The notes under the pieces are model-generated. The model had not been told where the DNA came from. It worked only from the letters and a program-made list of their open reading frames with translations, and made no database searches. Made by a program: the position numbers and the translations under genes. This document shows positions 60,318 to 64,000 of a stretch of 64,000 nt of DNA, one piece after another. This DNA is from Candidatus Poribacteria bacterium (GTDB taxonomy: Bacteria > Poribacteria > WGA-4E > UBA9662), in NCBI GenBank assembly GCA_046582655.1, contig JAYGDX010000016.1, positions 1 through 64,000 of the forward strand. The letters run 5' to 3'. How positions within the stretch are numbered: the stretch's first letter is position 1; each line of letters opens with the position of its first letter.

Positions 60318-62120
60318 CTATCGAAACGGGATAGTCTGATCGTGCCAGGGAAAGGCGTAACTGGGCTGGTTACAGAAACGGTCAATCCCTATGTGTAAAT
60401 TTATCTCTGTTCCGGGCAGAAGATGGACTTGAAAATGGCTGTCATTTACTGATGTTAGATTCCCTGTTTCAATATCTTTAACCTGTGTGAACTGATGTTG
60501 CCGAAAACTGCCAGCGCTGATGATGACTTCGCGCACCGCGTGCGCACTCAGGTTAACCAGTGTCAGGTCGATACTTTCTACATCCAGTTCAGTCACCAGC
60601 GCGGCTACATCTTCTGGTAGACCAGGACGTTGCTGCTGCGGATCAAAATGACGTACCTGTCCTTGAGTCATCCCACCCCAGTAGATGGTTTGGGGGGCAC
60701 CTGTCGTCAAATGTTCCAGAGCCTCAGTAAGCACCGGATTTCGTTGTTGCCAATGATGTTCATCGATTTGAGTTAGATCAGCTTCATCGTTCCGGATCAT
60801 GTCAACCCGATCACATACCTGGCGGTAATTTGCTTCTAAAATCTGTTGGGGGTAGTTCGGACATGCACCAGCCAGGAATTGTGTCCATGCCCGATCATCT
60901 AACGACCGTGGTCCTCGTGAAGTCACTTGTTGCCATTCGTTCTGGTTTCCCTTTCTCAGCTTTTCCAGACGATTCCAGTCGTGATCAGCCTGTGGAACTG
61001 CCCAGAGATGGATTGGTGGTTGCGGAATCATCGGACGATGATCGCACCAACCATCATCAGTATATTTATGCGGAGGCAGAATTTCCCCCTCTTGTTCAAT
61101 AGCCTGATCGAGAACCAGGTCTAATTGAGATCGAAGCAGGTGTAGGTAACTTGCATCACCCGTAATGAGATAAGCGCATTCCGAGGCCACTGTCATGGCA
61201 CTGAACATCATTTGGTGGGAGAATGTTCCGGTCCAACCGTAGAAACCTCCCCACCATTGTCCTTGGCGATTTTCACCTATTTTTCCGTTTAGGCCGATAT
61301 TGTCTGGAATAATGCCGTTGTTCTGTTCCACACGTTCCAGCCAAGCTTGGACGTAATCTACTACCCAATCTCTGTATTGATCCGCTTGCGTGTACAGGTA
61401 TGCGTTAGCAATTAAAGCCACGGCACCCAAATTGACCGGGACATCTCCTTGCATTACCACCTGATTAAATTGAGAATGAATCTTTTGCCGCAGACCTTCA
61501 TCGTTATACCACCCTGAAGGGGGAGCCTCAAAATCCGGACCTAGCGTGGCATGACCGTGCTCAATGTTATATTGCACATCGGCATAACGGGCATGGAACA
61601 GCGGTCCTTTACTACCACTAAACGGCGATCGGATAATCCGGTGTTTAGAATCGTAGTTGGGGATGCTCGGATTCTGATTCATGTAGAATCCAGCAAAACG
61701 GCATGCCCGACGCATCATTTCAGCGTTGGTAGGATCTGCTAATCCTAAAGCATAAAAATAGATGTAGTTTTCGCTATTGTGCAACCAGTCATCGTTATTA
61801 ATGAATTCTTTGTAGGCACGGCCGTAGTCATGGGTAATTTGACGCGTAATGGCATTCCATTGGTGGAAGGCCATCTGTCCTGTATAATCGCTCCCACCCA
61901 ACGCATAGTAGAGCGGCCAATTAAAAAACGATTCATACAGATCGTCCGCCCATACCCCATCTCCCGGATAGTCTTCCCTCCAGATGAGCGTTCCGCCAGG
62001 ACGGGTATATTTCTGGATAAAGATCGGTGCGGCTTGATCAATAGCCTGGATCAGTTGGCGTTGCAAAACAGCCCATGCAGGTGGCTGGCTACGCTGGCTA
62101 CTTTGGATGTTTGTCCACAC
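60318..62120 (-). CDS. Conserved hypothetical protein (probable alpha/alpha-barrel)
   Basis: 600-aa ORF heading the cluster; DDLYESF.NWPL.Y.LGG, IPDNIG..G, WWGG.YGW, RPGLPEDVAALV. Confidence 0.75.
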   Translation of the reverse strand: MWTNIQSSQRSQPPAWAVLQRQLIQAIDQAAPIFIQKYTRPGGTLIWREDYPGDGVWADDLYESFFNWPLYYALGGSDYTGQMAFHQWNAITRQITHDYGRAYKEFINNDDWLHNSENYIYFYALGLADPTNAEMMRRACRFAGFYMNQNPSIPNYDSKHRIIRSPFSGSKGPLFHARYADVQYNIEHGHATLGPDFEAPPSGWYNDEGLRQKIHSQFNQVVMQGDVPVNLGAVALIANAYLYTQADQYRDWVVDYVQAWLERVEQNNGIIPDNIGLNGKIGENRQGQWWGGFYGWTGTFSHQMMFSAMTVASECAYLITGDASYLHLLRSQLDLVLDQAIEQEGEILPPHKYTDDGWCDHRPMIPQPPIHLWAVPQADHDWNRLEKLRKGNQNEWQQVTSRGPRSLDDRAWTQFLAGACPNYPQQILEANYRQVCDRVDMIRNDEADLTQIDEHHWQQRNPVLTEALEHLTTGAPQTIYWGGMTQGQVRHFDPQQQRPGLPEDVAALVTELDVESIDLTLVNLSAHAVREVIISAGSFRQHQFTQVKDIETGNLTSVNDSHFQVHLLPGTEINLHIGIDRFCNQPSYAFPWHDQTIPFR

Positions 62121-62366
62121 TTTATTAAGATCCCGCTGCGAAAATTAGACCTGGCAAATTATGACAGCATCTTAAAACTAATTGTGTGCTTTGTTAATGG
62201 TGTGTAATCGATTGACAGGGTGTACATAATCAGTATGCGCCTACCAAACAACTTCGAGTTCAATCGGATCTTGATCCTGACGCCATTTAGTATTAATAAC
62301 AGGTTAACTTAATACTGTCAATCCTGTTTTGTGGATCTAGTACAGAAAATAGTTCGCCTGACTTGG

Positions 62367-62888
62367 TTATCTTAATTCTTCTTTTTTGGTGTACAGAAGA
62401 TTGTTTTTCCTATCTCCGTAGAGAAGTTTTAAAGTTTGCCTGTTGGCTGAGATGTCGTATTCCGTGACTGCTTGCAAGGCCTTAAAATATTCCTGTTCCT
62501 GTTGCATGGTGCCGTCAGGAATTGCACAAAACATTCTGGTGGAAGCAACCGGCCCCATAGACAATTTACCGTCTTCTTCTTGGTAGGAGCTGACGTATCG
62601 GTTGCAGCCGCCGGAACCGGATACCCGATCAGTCATAAACTGTAGTGTGATCTCCGTTTCCGGAATAGTTTCTTTCTCTAATCCGATTCGACCGTAGGTC
62701 TGTAATACCCACTGTTGGTCTACCACCTGATCTATATTTATTGGATCAGCCTTTGGGGGTGGTGGGTCGGGATCTTCTGCGACTGGTTGCGGACTGATAG
62801 GCTTTTCAGATTGGCGACAACCGATAATCAGGCTAATCACAATCAAGGTTAAAGCTAGCTGAGTAAATAGTCGGTTCCAATTTCTCAT
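62367..62888 (-). CDS. META domain (HslJ-like) lipoprotein
   Basis: Lipobox LIIGC; SGSGGCNRY, STRMFC, QEQEYFKAL. Confidence 0.9.
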   Translation of the reverse strand: MRNWNRLFTQLALTLIVISLIIGCRQSEKPISPQPVAEDPDPPPPKADPINIDQVVDQQWVLQTYGRIGLEKETIPETEITLQFMTDRVSGSGGCNRYVSSYQEEDGKLSMGPVASTRMFCAIPDGTMQQEQEYFKALQAVTEYDISANRQTLKLLYGDRKNNLLYTKKEELR

Positions 62889-62980
62889 CTTACCACTCTA
62901 TATCTATGATGGATTTGGTTTCAACTTAATCAAAATCTGCGCATGCATCCAACTGATTTCCGTTGGTGAGTTAACTTTAG

Positions 62981-63627
62981 CTAGAAAGAATATCTGGGAA
63001 CTCCCAACATTCGTTCGGCTAATCCATCAAATTCATCATCTCTCAATCCGTATTCGGATTCTAAATAATGCCCGATAGCCATGATGAACCGACATAGATC
63101 TGCGCCGATTGAAGTGTCTAGTTCTATTTCCAGTCCATTGGGTGACAGGTGTTTTACATCTCCTGTTAACAAGTTAAACAGGTGCGACCAGCAATCACTG
63201 GTTTTACTCTCCACATTTGATTGCTGCTGGAAATTCCATCCTCCGGAGTTGACTTCAGTAAAGGTCTTTTGAAGGTCAAAATCTGGCAATTGACTCAGAT
63301 AGGCAGGAATGAATCTGACAGTCAGGAGGCTTAAGTCTTTTATAACCGCTTCATGATTGCTGGAATTGTAATTTTCCGGTGTTACAATCTGGTATTTTTC
63401 TGTCGAAGGGCTAAATAAACATCTCCAAAAGGTATCTTCACTCTCCGAATAACGCTAACCAAATCTTCGGGCAGGTCATAAACACTGATGATTTCTTCTT
63501 CTATATCGATACCCATCAACCCAGAAAAATCCCAAGTTTTCGCATCGTCGGCACCTGACACTTTCAGATACTCGTAAAGAGGCTTCAGATTTCTGTTCTT
63601 TGCTTTTGCTCGTTTTTTCTTGGTCAT
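62981..63627 (-). pseudogene. Hypothetical gene split by a 1-nt frameshift (ORFs 63382..63627 and 62981..63289)
   Basis: The downstream frame is open from about 63455 without an ATG; adding one A to the A5 run (T run 63395-63399) gives a continuous ~215-aa ORF. Confidence 0.5.
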
Positions 63628-63712
63628 ACTACTCTTTATGAATCTAATATGAAATGATTGTTCGGGGTTTCTCAGAGGATTTTTTTATTCTTGATTCACA
63701 TTCACGTATGTT

Positions 63713-63882
63713 AGCTGCCCAAGTAGCGCCGTTAATAGTAACATCATTGGATGCCCTGACCTTCAGAATCGCCTGCCGTGTTGTCCGTGCCTTCATTTTA
63801 AAGGTCCAGATGGTAGCCATCAGTATTGATTGCCTATGCTATTCCCCAACGAGGTGAGGATAAACAAGGTTATGCGTTTCAC
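63713..63882 (-). pseudogene. Decayed fragment of a secreted LamG-like protein
   Basis: Frame-hopping pieces VKRITLFIL (signal-like), IWTF, NEGTDNTAGDS, NDVTINGATW resemble the W.F.EG....DS.G.N.GTI.GATW LamG N-terminal motif. Confidence 0.45.
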
Positions 63883-64000
63883 CCTAGATTGTTTTTTCAT
63901 TCTCTTTAATTTCTATCGGATTGCGAATACATATCTTCCATTATTATATCATTGCAAGTTAAAAATAGACTATACCAATGTAAGCATGCTACAGACGGAA

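Overview
Bacterial chromosomal window, most likely from Candidatus Poribacteria or a related lineage. This is an inference from a secreted protein ending in the Poribacteria-type 'V.P..KL.T.W..IK'-like tail, a DUF6785-type membrane protein, and the abundance of sulfatases and enolase-superfamily enzymes. Housekeeping genes are pheT, miaA, tRNA-Phe, tRNA-Thr and an ECF sigma/anti-sigma operon. They are interleaved with two long minus-strand catabolic clusters: a heparinase II/III + three sulfatase cluster at 28-40 kb, and a PL2 lyase/sialidase/amidohydrolase/SHMT-like cluster at 50-62 kb. The most notable observations are: (i) a queC with an in-frame TGA exactly at the conserved GYPD-C-R cysteine and with all four C-terminal Zn-ligand cysteines replaced; (ii) a three-gene type IX secretion (T9SS)-like module of a C-terminal-domain cargo, a PorP/PorV-like barrel and a large Asp-rich outer-membrane protein; (iii) several elements the ORF track misses, namely a MITE with perfect 19-bp terminal inverted repeats, an IS5-family end, a decayed Prim-Pol gene, pseudogenes (pfk, esterase, LamG) and a ~190-nt intergenic hairpin. 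All family assignments come from motif recognition by eye; no database searches were run.
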